A DNA stretch of 64,000 nucleotides, from assembly GCA_030704615.1 (NCBI GenBank), contig CM060732.1, positions 66,340,001 through 66,404,000 of the forward strand, read 5' to 3'. The notes beneath the pieces are model-generated. The model ran no database searches and was not told where the DNA came from. It saw only the letters and a list, made by a program, of their open reading frames with translations. The number at the start of each line of letters is the position of its first letter. Positions within the stretch are counted from its first letter, which is position 1. The DNA is from Takakia lepidozioides. Its lineage: Eukaryota > Plantae > Bryophyta. Below, piece by piece: positions 52,450 to 64,000 of this stretch. The translations under genes and the position numbers were made by a program.

Positions 52450-54054
52450 TTACTTAACTGGCTTGTACAAGACAGTGGTAACATATTTGGACCTAAAGCG
52501 CTTAGTCAAGCCAAGTGCAAGCACAGTGCACGAAGTCTTACCTTTCTCAACATACAAGTGGTTCAAAATAGAATGTTGCGGTCGAGGCAAAGCCCCTGGA
52601 GCTTGTGGCACATTTAGCAACGTCAAGTGCAGATGGGGAGGTACTGCTGGTGGTTCTTTGGTGTAATCTTCAGGGCCAGGAATTGGGTCACAGTAGGTAG
52701 ATTCTGGGGACATTGGCGGATCAAACCCGGCAACATTCTCCAGATTTTCTGGGACATAGTCCTGCAGAACAGAGTCTGGTCTCCATGAGAACATGCATGA
52801 AGAGAACCCCACATGCTTCCTGGTCACCATATCATCATGTATTCTAATGTGGATGGATATTCTCTGTACTACCTGCTAGTTGCAGGCCAATCCAAGAAAA
52901 ACATAGAAACTCACCTGCACATCGAGCACATTGTTAACATTGTCCATTTCATCACAGACTGCAGGCATATCTGGTGCATATCTCCACTTGCCATCGACAA
53001 TGAACTTGAACTGGTAGACTCCAGATGGGAGCATTTTGATGATTGTATACTCCTTCCCAGATTTTTGTAGCGGTTGCCTGCTCCAAACCAAGCCACAGTT
53101 TAGGGTTTCTAGCTCAATGATGATATCCTCAACAACAAGCACAATTCGCTTGTTTTCCCCTGCCAAAACTCACCACTTTCACCATTTCAGAGGTGAAAAG
53201 CGGCCTCTTACATTTATTTCAGCCAAATCAGCCAGCTAAGTTCTTTCCCGATAGTCATCATGTCCGAGTTGGGAAGACAGAGACCAGAAGCAAGAAAACC
53301 AGAGGGGGCCATGTAAGAGAGATGCACCTGGTTGACCAGTTGTCCCAGGATCCTTGAATGGATACATTGTTTCCACCGTAGTTCCAGACAATCATGGTGG
53401 CCACTCCTCGATCAGGCTGGACATATGACGGCACTTCTCCATACATGCCCCCTGCTTGTTGGTACCTTCCCAATCCCAGCTCGTCTGCCTTGGGGATTGG
53501 CACCATTGGTACCTTCACAATGAATCAGAGATAACCTGGGTGGGTTTCCATGGCTATTTCCGCTACAAATGTAGCCTGGTTAATTTGCCCAATGACCAAG
53601 TTTGAGACTCACTACTTTCCAGTGTCAGATATTCACAACCCATTTTCCGCTGAACTCTTGCAGCAAACTGGGCAGGGAGCTGCCACACAGGGAGACCCCA
53701 GCACCGGCTGTGTCCAGGAGGTACAACAATAACCACGAGAAGTCCTACATGCTTCTAGAGAGATCGGAATGAACCTGCGTAGATGGAAATTGCAAACAAT
53801 ACCTGGGGAGCGAACACTAACGGAGACCGTGCCGCACTGCCCGGGCTGTCAGGTGGGCTGTGGCCCATGGACTCGGTGGAGCCTGAATGACCCAATCCAC
53901 CAGGATGCCCAGGATGCTGTAAGTGTTGTTGATGGTGGCCAGAAGGTGGCACTCCGAAATCTTGTGCGAGTCTGTTCGATGGGTGCACATTGATCCCTTC
54001 AGACACGGGCCTGCCTTGAAATACTTTGCCCTCTCGCACAATCGTGTTTCCCAT
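52450..54054 (-). CDS. SnRK1 regulatory beta subunit (AKIN-beta), 4 coding exons
   Basis: N-terminal MGN, SPL.FAPQ|VPM.P, carbohydrate-binding module (W.YGGN.V...[23 protein letters not shown]) and ASC domain ([30 protein letters not shown]). Confidence 0.93.
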
Positions 54055-55434
54055 TGCAGCCTCACACAATCAAGTGCGTTTTCAGATTACTGCGTCTGCA
54101 GCATTCTTCTTGGCATGCTTGCAATGCGGGCTACGGCACTCTTGACATGTCATGGAAGTTGGTTTCAGCTTGTCTACTCATCCAGGGAAGGGTGTTCTGG
54201 GGACGGATTTCGCCTTTGCAAGTCGACTCGACACTCGACACTCTGTAAGGCAATTTCAGTAGGAACTACATGTGTTCTTTGCAATCAAACTTCGCAATCT
54301 TTGATGAGGAACATGTGGAAAGCTCAAAGACTTTAAGCACGAAGTAGGTGAACCCAAGCAAACAAAATCCATGATGCATCACCGTTTCTCAGCCCCCTCT
54401 GCACCGAGGTGCACTTTGCTTACCACTTTTGATGGCGGAGAATGTTCTCTGTGTGGCCCCACCCAGCATCTTGGCATACTTTACAAACACCGCTAAAGGT
54501 ATTTACAACAACAATCGTTCACTGGAGACAGAGCTGGAGCATCTCCAACTACAAACCTTGCAGACTACTAAGTTACTATTCGGATGGAGATGAGAGGATG
54601 TGGGTGGCCCACTCAAGCCTGGTTGCTCATAATCATAATAGTTATTCATTCACTATTGCAGAGCATACGTTATTTCATCTTGTCTTTGAGAACAACCTGA
54701 GCAATATCCCTTGTTGGGACAACACACATGCAAATTGGGAGTTTTCAGTCTTGAGGGCAGAGCAGATGCTACTGGTTAAAATTTTAACAGCGACCAATTG
54801 AAACAATTTCTCTAGGACACAGCACTAGTTTTCTTTGTCCTTTTCAAGTCCCTGTCTGAAGCAGATGGTGACCATTGTAGACAAATCTTCAGTGCCACTA
54901 TTAGTTATCATTGGCTTTGGGAGCAATTGTGAGCTTCAGATGATTATTTCAGTTGGACTTGTGTGAACTACCCAATGTCTCGCGTGCTTGCAATCTCACA
55001 TGCCAGTTCCCATGGAGAGCCAAGTATTATAGTGCTACACTCTTCAATCTTGTAATTGTTAGTGTCAGAAGGTCATTCCATAGTCCAAGGCACCTACTTG
55101 AACTATCCAATGCCTCCACAAGGAGGGATGCAGGTCTGATGCACCTTGCAATGCCAAATTGACACCTAACATTCATGCAACCTCAAATGCCAGGTCACAT
55201 GAGATCTTTCAGCATATCGTAGAAACTCCAATTACACTGTAAAGCTTACCACAACAAGTCCAGTCGATCCATGGGGTAGCAGGGGGTACTCAGGCCCTCG
55301 TTGGGAGAAAGAGTGCCAAAAAGACAGAGACTTCCTTAAATCTAAAAGTTGGACAATGCAACAGCTGGTTAAAAAAAATCAAGAAACCAGAATTATAGTC
55401 TGTCCAGCGCACATTTGAAGGGTCCACGAATAAC

Positions 55435-56589
55435 TCAAAATCGCAATTTCGAGAAAAACCACCGGTTCTTGCCAGTCTTGAATCGCTCCTCCAACACGGC
55501 CTTGGTTTCCTGTCATCAGTGGAACGGCCCCAAGATGAACTGTCATCACAACAAGCAATGGCCTCTATCGTGATGCTGAGTCTAAGAACGGACTTCAAAC
55601 CTAAAAACAACTCGCAAACGTCATGAATACATGCATACCTTGCGGGTTTCAACTTTCTTGGAGGTAGTTTCGATTTTCTCTGGTGTCACAACTGCCTTCA
55701 AGTCAACATCCAAAGTGTACCTGGAAAAACTCAGAATCTCTCATCAGCACCATCTCCGTCAGCAAAACCTGACGGTTGCTCTGTAAAGCCAATAAGCTGC
55801 CTGCATTTGTTTTGAGCTTGAAGATCACGCAATACATTTAAGCATCACTTGTATGGCATCAGGTGTAGGGTTTGAGAATACACACCTGGTTGGCATGATA
55901 TGGTTGTAGTTCACAACCTTAACGAACGCCTTCAGCCTTGACCTCTTTGCGATCTTCTTTTGTGACGCCTTCTTGATAACCTGTCAAATGGAAAAGCAGC
56001 TACACATCAAATCCTTGCAAAGACGCTCAATGCCAGAATCACAACTCCAGCACGAGGATTCGTCTCTCTCTATGCAGCACGTCCGAAGTATCCACCAAGA
56101 GTTGTGGCTGTCTGAGTGGTGACAGAAGCTTCTTGGGGGAAAGTAGATCTTTCCCGTGTCCATGCCGGCTCTTGAAAGGTCACCTTCAGGTTTGTCGCGA
56201 AATTTCGAGCCCGCATGCACAATATCACCAGGGAAAGAAAACCCATTACACGGTGTTGGGCTTACAATGGGGAAGACAGTCACAACCATGCAAAGCGCAC
56301 AGGGATTAAGGACCTTCTTCCTCTGACCGGACCAACAACATGCTGCAGCATGCCAGAGTACCTGTGTTTGTCATGATGCCTCTTGACCTCATAGCAATCA
56401 GTGATTTCAACAAGAGGAGGCTCTGAAGGTCACCTTGCGGGGGTACTTGGCAATTCCAGCGACAAGGGCATGCCCGTATGCGCGCTCCTTGGTGCCCTCA
56501 TCGAAGTTCTTGACAATCACCGCCTTCCTGCCGGCATAGCGGCCCTGCAGGAGCACCACCACCTTATTGGGCTTCAGAAACTTCACCAT
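55435..56589 (-). CDS. RPL27: 60S ribosomal protein eL27, 4 exons
   Basis: [26 protein letters not shown]...YPRK|[13 protein letters not shown]|RYTLDVDLK..|..[18 protein letters not shown]. Confidence 0.96.
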
Positions 56590-56703
56590 TGCTGCTGCTT
56601 ACCACCCTCCTTGCGCTGCCAGGTATGGCGGCCCTCCTCTGTCTGAGCAGCGAGACGCCGACCACCTGCGAGAAAGACCTTTCCTCCCCTCTCGCACCCT
56701 CTT

Positions 56704-56711
56704 TAGGGTTT
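56704..56711 (-). promoter_or_regulatory. Telo-box (AAACCCTA) in the RPL27/MYG1 divergent promoter
   Basis: TAGGGTTT about 115 bp upstream of the RPL27 ATG; telo-boxes are typical of plant ribosomal protein genes. Confidence 0.6.
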
Positions 56712-57078
56712 TCCTTGCTCGACCTAATACACCATCGTATATACGTTTGAAAATGTTTTAGTGTACGAGATACGTACATAAATGGACTGCTATAAATTCA
56801 TCCGTTTGAGATCCAACGGCTGAAAAGTCGGGCGGGCCGTGATGGGTACCAGGTTTTTATAAGAGGGCGGGCGGTGATGGGTAGTTCTTCCTTGGATGAT
56901 AAACATCCATCCTTCTATCCATCCATCCATCCATCCTAGTCTAGAGCCGGTGCTGGGCTCTCTCTCTCTCTGTGTCGCTCGCTCGCTCGCTTCTTGGCAA
57001 TGTGAGTTTTGGAGGAGGAAGATTTGTGCGTTTTCTTGGTACGATTTGCATCCTCTGTTCTGGTTAAAGGCAAGTCTC

Positions 57079-59364
57079 ATGCTCTCAAATCTGGCAGGAA
57101 GCCTGTGCCGGTACATACAAAAACCACCGGGCCTTACGGCTTCGTTCTTGGTTTCGCAGTGTCGATTGTTTCCGAGGAAGGAGCCATATTGCGTGAATTT
57201 GAACCAGTGTCGTGCTATGGGATTAACTCCAGGTGTCGAAGTAGGTGAGGGTGTGGATACGAGCTCCACATTGAAAAGGAAATTGCGGAAGAGGGTGGGC
57301 ACCCACAATGGCACATTTCATTGTGATGAGGCACTGGGTTGCTTCATGATTCGTCTCACCAGCAAGTTTTCCGACGCGGAAATTTTCCGAACAAGAGACC
57401 AAAAGGTAGGTTTTTAAGTATGTTCCACAGTCAAGACTCTTGGGATGTGGAGATACTTAATGAAGTGTCGGCCGATTTCTTTTGCCTGATTGAAAACATT
57501 CCTGTTTGGTTTGACTTGCAGGTTCTCGACACAATGGATGCGGTGCTGGATGTTGGAGGTGTCTATGACCCTCAGATTGATCGCTATGACCACCATCAAC
57601 GTGGCTTTGAGCATACATTTGATCATGGTTTTGTTACACAGCTTAGCAGCGCCGGTCTTGTTTACAAGGTATATGGTCTTTCGTCTGCTACTGTCCATCT
57701 CTCCCACTGGTCATTGATAAATCAGTTGTCTAATTTGGAGAGGGGGATTGGCAGCACTTTGGACAAGAGATAGTGGCTAAGGAGCTCGGCCTGGATGTAG
57801 AGCATCCGGATGTCCAACGGGTGTATTTGGCGGTCTACAAAAGCTTTGTTGAGGTATTCTTAATCCTCCCAAGCTCAACTCTCTATGTTTTCCAGGCCCC
57901 ACCCTCTCTCCCAACAGGGCAGAGTATGTAATGGTAATGGGAGTTTAAAGAGCAGGGTTTCTCTCCCTTTACTATCTGTATTTGCTGATACATTCTATGA
58001 TGTGCATTATTTAGCAGAGGTAATTTCCAGATGCATCTATCACTCTGGGGAAATTTCCATGAATCTCTTCTAAGATGGCAGCTGACTGATGGGCAATATT
58101 ATTATTCTTCCTATTCTTGTTCTTCCTCATCTGCCTCTCTCTGTCCCACCAACTTGCATGTGGGGGTTTAGTGGCAAGGTCCATCAAAGTATAATCAAAT
58201 TGAATGTGACTTTAAAACAAATTATTCTATCTGGCATTGATAGGCCGTTGATGGCATCGATAACGGCATCAACCAGTTCGATACAGACAAACCACCCCGG
58301 TATGCAAATGAGACACACCTATCATCCCGGGTGAAACGCCTGAATCCTGACTGGATGACTGAGCAAACTCCAGAGAGTGAGGACCAGGCATTCCAAAAGG
58401 CCATGAGCCTTACAGGAGGTGAATTTTTGGAGGTGGGTAGTTCTCTTGTGTGAGCTTGATTGAATGATGTCATTCTGCTGATGCCATTTGTGCAGAAAGA
58501 TAAAAATTATTGGATATGGTTTAGAGTTCAAGGTCAGGACTTTTTGTGGATATTGGTGAATATGGGTGTTGGGTGTGTGGGCAGTCAGTGCGTTACTATG
58601 CGAAGTCATGGCTTCCGGGGCATGCCATAGTGGCTGAATGTGTTGCAGCTCGGAAGGAGGCCGACAGCAGTGGTCAAATAATGGTTCTCAAGCAATTTTG
58701 CCCGGTAAAGATGCTGTCTTATGTAGTTTTTGGGCCGTTTATTCATTTTCTGTGAAGTCTCCTATATGTCGAATGTGAGGATGTATACAGTTGAGGGGCC
58801 CACATTTCAGTGTTGATAACTCGTGTTTGAACGGGATTTGCTTTGTGCAGTGGCAACAGCACCTAACAGAGATCGAGGAGGAGCTGAGGCTGGTGCCAAC
58901 CATCAAGTATGTACTGTATGAGGTCTGTTTCCCTCTCTTTAAACTCAATGTGGGCTCTGTAGCAACCAGCATTTATTAAATGTCTCAATCTCTATGTCTT
59001 GTGCACACACCCACACACTTTGTACCGTTTGGAAACCCTTTTTATTGGTGGGGTCTTTCTCATTTCAACGAGTAAACCAAATGCAACAGTCCGGACTGTC
59101 TTCTGAGTTACTGCACATCTGCAGGATGATCGAAACAAGCAGTGGAGGGTGCAAGCAGTACCGATAGCTCCAGGCAGATTTGAAAGCCGCCTCCCATTGC
59201 CTGCAGTGTGGAGGGGCCTGCGTGATGATGAACTCTCCAATGAGGCCAGTATTGAAGGGTGCGTGTTTGTACATTCAAGTGGGTTCATTGGTGGGAACAA
59301 ATCCTTCGATGGGGTCCTGGCTATGGCAAAGAAGGCCTTGTTGCTAGAGCCTCAACCTTGCTAG
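57079..59364 (+). CDS. MYG1: MYG1 exonuclease (UPF0160), 7 exons, N-terminal targeting peptide
   Basis: [23 protein letters not shown]...[28 protein letters not shown] and [11 protein letters not shown]. Confidence 0.94.
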
Positions 59365-60300
59365 TTCGATGTCTGAAACACCAATAGACATTCTTTGAGA
59401 GGGAAGCTATATTTGAAAATTCGAGAGCTTTCTTTTGCTCCTGGTTCTTTTTGCAAACCCAACCAGGCATTTGAAGCTGGTATCAGTCCATCGAAAAATC
59501 TCAATGAACATAGGTCCTTTTTTTACAAAAAAAGGTCTGCTGCGAAGCTCTGCCCCAAACAGCATAAGCTTTGGATCCTACCTTGAGAGAAAGTTATGTC
59601 CTGAAAGGAGATGCTCATTTCTAACAGACATTACTTTACACCTTCATTTTCAGGACAGGACATACTGAACGGTGTACTTGATGAAACTGCTATATAAACA
59701 GTTTCCAAACTTTAATGGCTGGAAGTTTGGTGGTATCTCTTAGGAGATCAGAGGGAGCTCTTGGCAAATGTATGTGGATGCTGTAACTAAACATAACATA
59801 AACTAAGAAGTATGGATGGCCCAATGGGCTATAAATCTGACTTGACTGTTCTTGTCCATTGAGCCAAAAAGCAGTCTGCATGCATGTTCTGAGACTGTCC
59901 AAGGTTCACTGGTCCAGCAGATCACTCCTCACACTAAGCAACCACAATTCAGTATCAAAGCCAATGTACACGTGTGCTTTGAGATTGACTTAGTGCCCAC
60001 ATTCAGCCTGAGGGTTGGGGTGTGACTATGATGTTGCGTTGGATGTCTCCTTGCGACACTCAACCACCCTGGCAGTTCTGGCAAGCAACAATTTGACATC
60101 AAGTCCACAAGGAGTGCTGGTAGCTAACTGGCCCAAATTGCTCTTGTTGATACTTCCATGTACAGTCTGGTAGGAAAAGTAATGTCACTATCCTAGTTTG
60201 AGATTTTGTGGCCCACATAAAAAATTTAGGCACCAGCATGCAGCAAAGGGAAGGGAAAAATCGCTGTTTCGTATTTGAGACGGGAGGCAGCAGAGAGGGC

Positions 60301-62200
60301 TCACCTTGTGCGCATGCTTTGGAGTTGCTCTAGCAGCTTAGTCACAGTTTCAACCCTTTCTCCTGCCTTTCCCTGCTCCCCTTCCTCTAGAAAGCTTTGC
60401 AACTGGAACTCAGCATAGTCAAGTAGAGAATCAAGCTTCTCCATGTAGCGCTCGTAAGAAATTCCTGTTGAAATCCAGCTTTTATTCTCCATCTCTCCTA
60501 TCCAGCCTTTCCTCCCTACATACTCTCTTTTGAAACCTCCTGTCTCTCTTTGTGGATCCCAAACTTCTTCAATTTGTAAATACCCCTGTGTTTCAAGAAT
60601 ATATTCAGGGACTGTGGCCCCAGATAGTGTCTCCTCTTTTGCAAAAGCTTCATCATTCTCAGTGCCAGAATCATCATAAGCTTCCTTGCCTTCCCCCATG
60701 TTCTGCTGCAAGTTCACAGTTTCTGTATTGAGTAGGTCAACAAGGCAGTCATATGGCTCTTTGGCCTTGTCCTCTTCCCCTTCTGCCCAGATTACTCCAT
60801 CCATCGGTGCCCCAACCGAGCTTGGAGAATCCAGAATTTCACTAGTGTCCAAGATCTCACAGTCCCCATTTCTCGCAAAATGCTCTCCAGCATTGTTTGA
60901 CACACACTTCGTCAAACTGTCCAAGTTGTTTTCATCTGAATTTTCTGGGCTACAGCGCACAGTTGGTGCAACATTTCGGTGTTCTATATGGGTTTCATTT
61001 TCCTCAATGTGCTCTTCATCTGAGTCACTTCTCTTCTCCATTTCAGCCGTAACTGAGTCCTCTAAGATAGGGCCTTGATGAGCCCCAAAGACAGCATAGG
61101 AACTGTCTGGTGATTCCTCATTCGGACTACCCAGGCTACTTTCTTCAAAGGGACTTTGCCCTCCTGGTGAATCACTGTAAGGCCTGTCTTCTCCACTGCT
61201 CATTTGCAAAGTAAGCTCTTTGTCCTCTTCTCTTGGGGACACAACACGGATCATGCTGGTATCAGAGCCCTCTGTAGCCAAGTCCAGCCTGGCGCATGAC
61301 AAGGCGGAAATCAATTGTGTCTCTTTTATTGAGATTGCCTGCCAGACAATGTGATCCAGAGATCAGATTATGCCTGGATCATCATACCTTGCTTTTGCAG
61401 TTATCTGGAATGCACATGGTGGACACTGCCTCTATTGTCATTCTATTATGACATCATGCTCCCATGAGAACACAAGCTGTGGCTCTAAAAACTCGGCTCT
61501 AGTTCCACAGTAACTCTGCAAAAGTACCAATAGATGGGATACCAACCTCATTAAGTTTGGCCGAAAGCTCCTGAAGAACCTGGGCTCTCTGCTTTGAGAG
61601 CTCCAAAGCCTTCATCACCTTCTGCTTTTCATGAAGCACGAATCGTGCGCTTGTCTCATTCCCAATCCTCACGTCAATAGCAGCGCGTTGGCGCAGCTGC
61701 TCGACTACATCTGTCAACCGCATGAACCGTGCCCTTGTGCTGTTCGCTGCCATCCGAGCCCAGGTTTTTCAGATCTTCTATGCAAATTAACGCAACTAGA
61801 AGAATTACTCTCACAATGTAAGGAGAGTGTGTCAGGCTGTCCTACCTCGGCCCCGGACTTGCTCTGCCTCTGCTTGCAGTGCTTCCAACAGCTCCCTTAA
61901 TTCCTCCACAGTCTGTAGCTCTGATGCTCTCGCAGCTGCAAAGAGGGGACCCAAGACTCTATTCCTAGGTTGTCTTCGTTCCACTGGCTTCCAAAGCCCG
62001 CAGTAATCCATCCTACTGTTCATGGATAATGAACACACATGGAACCCACTCTGAATATTGAAGGGCCTCAACCACCGATGCTCATGTACAGACCCCCTAG
62101 CCACCATAGAATTCGAAATCCTGGCTACATCGATTGCAGGTGTAGTCTTCATCGTAGGATGCAAAGATCCCACAGATTTGTTGCCCAGTGCTTGCGGCAT
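60301..62200 (-). CDS. Conserved plant coiled-coil protein (PspA/IM30-like N-terminal helices, long acidic C-terminus)
   Basis: Exons ..AEAEQVRGR|ANSTRARFMRL..VEQLRQRAA...KQKVMKALE.SK.RA..L.ELSAKLNE|AISIKETQLI, then ORF 60301-61314. The 3' end may splice further. Confidence 0.65.
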
Positions 62201-62386
62201 GTCTACGAAGTGCAAGAGAGATGGTGAGCTTATCTCCTCTCTCGAAATGGTTTCGCCAGACAGTGGCTAAACCCACTGTAGTGCGGCTCAACATGGCGGA
62301 ACTTCATTCTTTTGCACACTAGGCATTCTTCCTCCCAAGAGTCTGCAGAGGAGATCAAGGAAGAAGATCGGGGAAGAAAGACCATT

Positions 62387-63107
62387 ATGGCCAGCAGGGT
62401 GGTAATGGGTAGGGCCAAAAGAGGCCTTTATGCTGGACGCCATATCCAGTTTGGCAACCAAGTCAGTGAAGACGGTGGCAACAAGTTAGTCACTCTTTTT
62501 CTCCCTTGTTCTACTTTTGTGGGTTCATCTTGACTGGAACTGAAATCATGCCCGCTGACATTGCATCCTGTTCTTCCTGTTTTTTTAGCTTCTACCTGAA
62601 CCACTTAACTCCCTGCATGAATTGTCTAACATTGTAGGGGTTAGTTCTAGGATTTGACTTACCCTTCGTAATACCATCGTTCTCTCTTGGAACCCTAAAC
62701 CATGTGTACCTCTCTGGGAAATTTTCCGTATGATGGACTTACTACTCCAGTTATATGTGTGGGGTGATGGCAGAACAAGACGGACATGGAAACCTAATGT
62801 ACAATCAAAACGGATCTTCAGTTTCGCACTTGACCGCCATATCCGCGTGAATATCACCACACATGCATTGCGATGCATTGACAAGGCTGGGGGCCTTGAT
62901 GAGTATCTACTCACTACCCCTGCCCACAAGCTTGACAATGAGCAAGCCAGGCTGTGGCGGTCTGAGATTGCCTCAATCTATGCACAGCTGTACAACACAC
63001 AGATTTCTTCATTGAATGTGAAACCTGGTTTAGAGGGGCAGGTTCCTCGTCATATTGCTGCAAAGTTAAAAGGGGTTAGGTTAGAAGATTTGGATGCCTC
63101 AAACTAG
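62387..63107 (+). CDS. Mitochondrial ribosomal protein bL28m, 2 exons (start uncertain)
   Basis: VVMGRAKRGLYAGRHIQFGNQVSEDGGNK|TRRTWKPNVQ.KR.FS..LDRHIRV..TTHALRCIDKAGGLDEYLL. Confidence 0.9.
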
Positions 63108-64000
63108 TTAAAATCTTATGAATTGTGAACTCTCTGTTGATTCTCATTTGTATAATCAAAGGTCCTTTTTTTATCTCCTTAGGCAATTGTTGAAGCAAAT
63201 TAGATGGTACTATTTTAGAGTGACAGCTCCCAAGTGGAACATCCATAGTGATATGACAGTGACCACCCCATGACTTTGAGTCTGGACCTTGTGACAAGGC
63301 TTAATCCGCCGCAATCTGTATCATTCATGACATGCAAGTAATGTCTACTTTTGTAAGGATTCTTCTTTTGTTCAAAGGTTTCCAATAGCATGCCAGTGGG
63401 TACACGCACAGGTTACAAAGAGGGGACACCAGATTTTGTTAATAAACTGAAAAACAAAAACTGGAGGCTGGGGAATGGGGTTTTGGGCTCCGTGAAACGC
63501 GGTGAGGGTGATGGGGACTTAGCCGATTTTGCAAGTCCCCGCCCAGCCGCTCTACGTTGAACCTCCCATGCTCTCCTCTTCTGCTTACAGGTGTGATCAT
63601 CCTCCTTCAAGCTTTTCCCTCCTCTCCCTTCTTTCTTCATCCTGGAGATAAGGCTCTTCACTACCTTTGTCTTTGGTAAAGAGGAGAAAAAAGGGCTCTG
63701 GGCAGCTGTCTTCAATGCTGGTATGCTGTTGGTGGAAAGAATTATCCACGATCAAAAAAGAAGTAAAGACGAAGGCCCATCGGGTGATCTGGTCTTCTCC
63801 CTCAGAGAGCTGGAAGCGGCAGCGACCCCCCTGGTGAGCTCTGCCTCTCCATTTTGCTGCAATAGGCCTTTCGCTCTATCTGGTGCTGTCCTAGCTAAGA
63901 GGAAGAGTATGCTCATAAGATTTCCTCCAAGACAAACAAAAGAAACCAACTATCCTACTACTCCCAGAAATGGATTCATATCTATTTCTGGGCCTGTCAT

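Noticed and set aside
55512-55560. Box C/D snoRNA in the last RPL27 intron (GTGATGA..CTGA on the minus strand)
   Set aside because: The boxes are only about 34 nt apart and the CTGA coincides with the branch-point/acceptor region.
63413-63949. 3' end of a minus-strand gene
   Set aside because: Short ORFs with no recognisable domain, truncated by the window edge.

Overview
Eukaryotic nuclear DNA with spliceosomal introns, from a compact-genome non-seed land plant (bryophyte-like, plausibly a hornwort; inferred from PLS-class PPRs, gene density and short introns). The left ~25.5 kb is a transposon and pseudogene mosaic. It holds a complete 7,042-bp non-autonomous CACTA element (29-bp TIRs, TCC target duplication) carrying scrambled pieces of a gene in which OSB-type PDF ssDNA-binding motifs run in frame into a PLS-PPR array. 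It also has a nested TIR element, an orphan CACTA end, a SWIM-finger ORF, L1/Gypsy/DYW relics, an intronless epimerase pseudogene and a CYP703-like pseudogene. The middle (26.7-39.4 kb) has three unusual genes: a DUF1221/4-helix-bundle Raf-like kinase that can be spliced in frame to an RLK/Pelle pseudokinase (tandem kinase), an intact secreted phage T4-type (GH24) lysozyme homologue with altered catalytic residues, and a PDF-repeat-only OSB-like gene. The right ~24 kb is dense housekeeping sequence (YY1, METTL13-like methyltransferase, SnRK1 beta, RPL27, MYG1, a coiled-coil protein, mitochondrial bL28). All calls were made by eye; exon boundaries are predicted, not transcript-verified.
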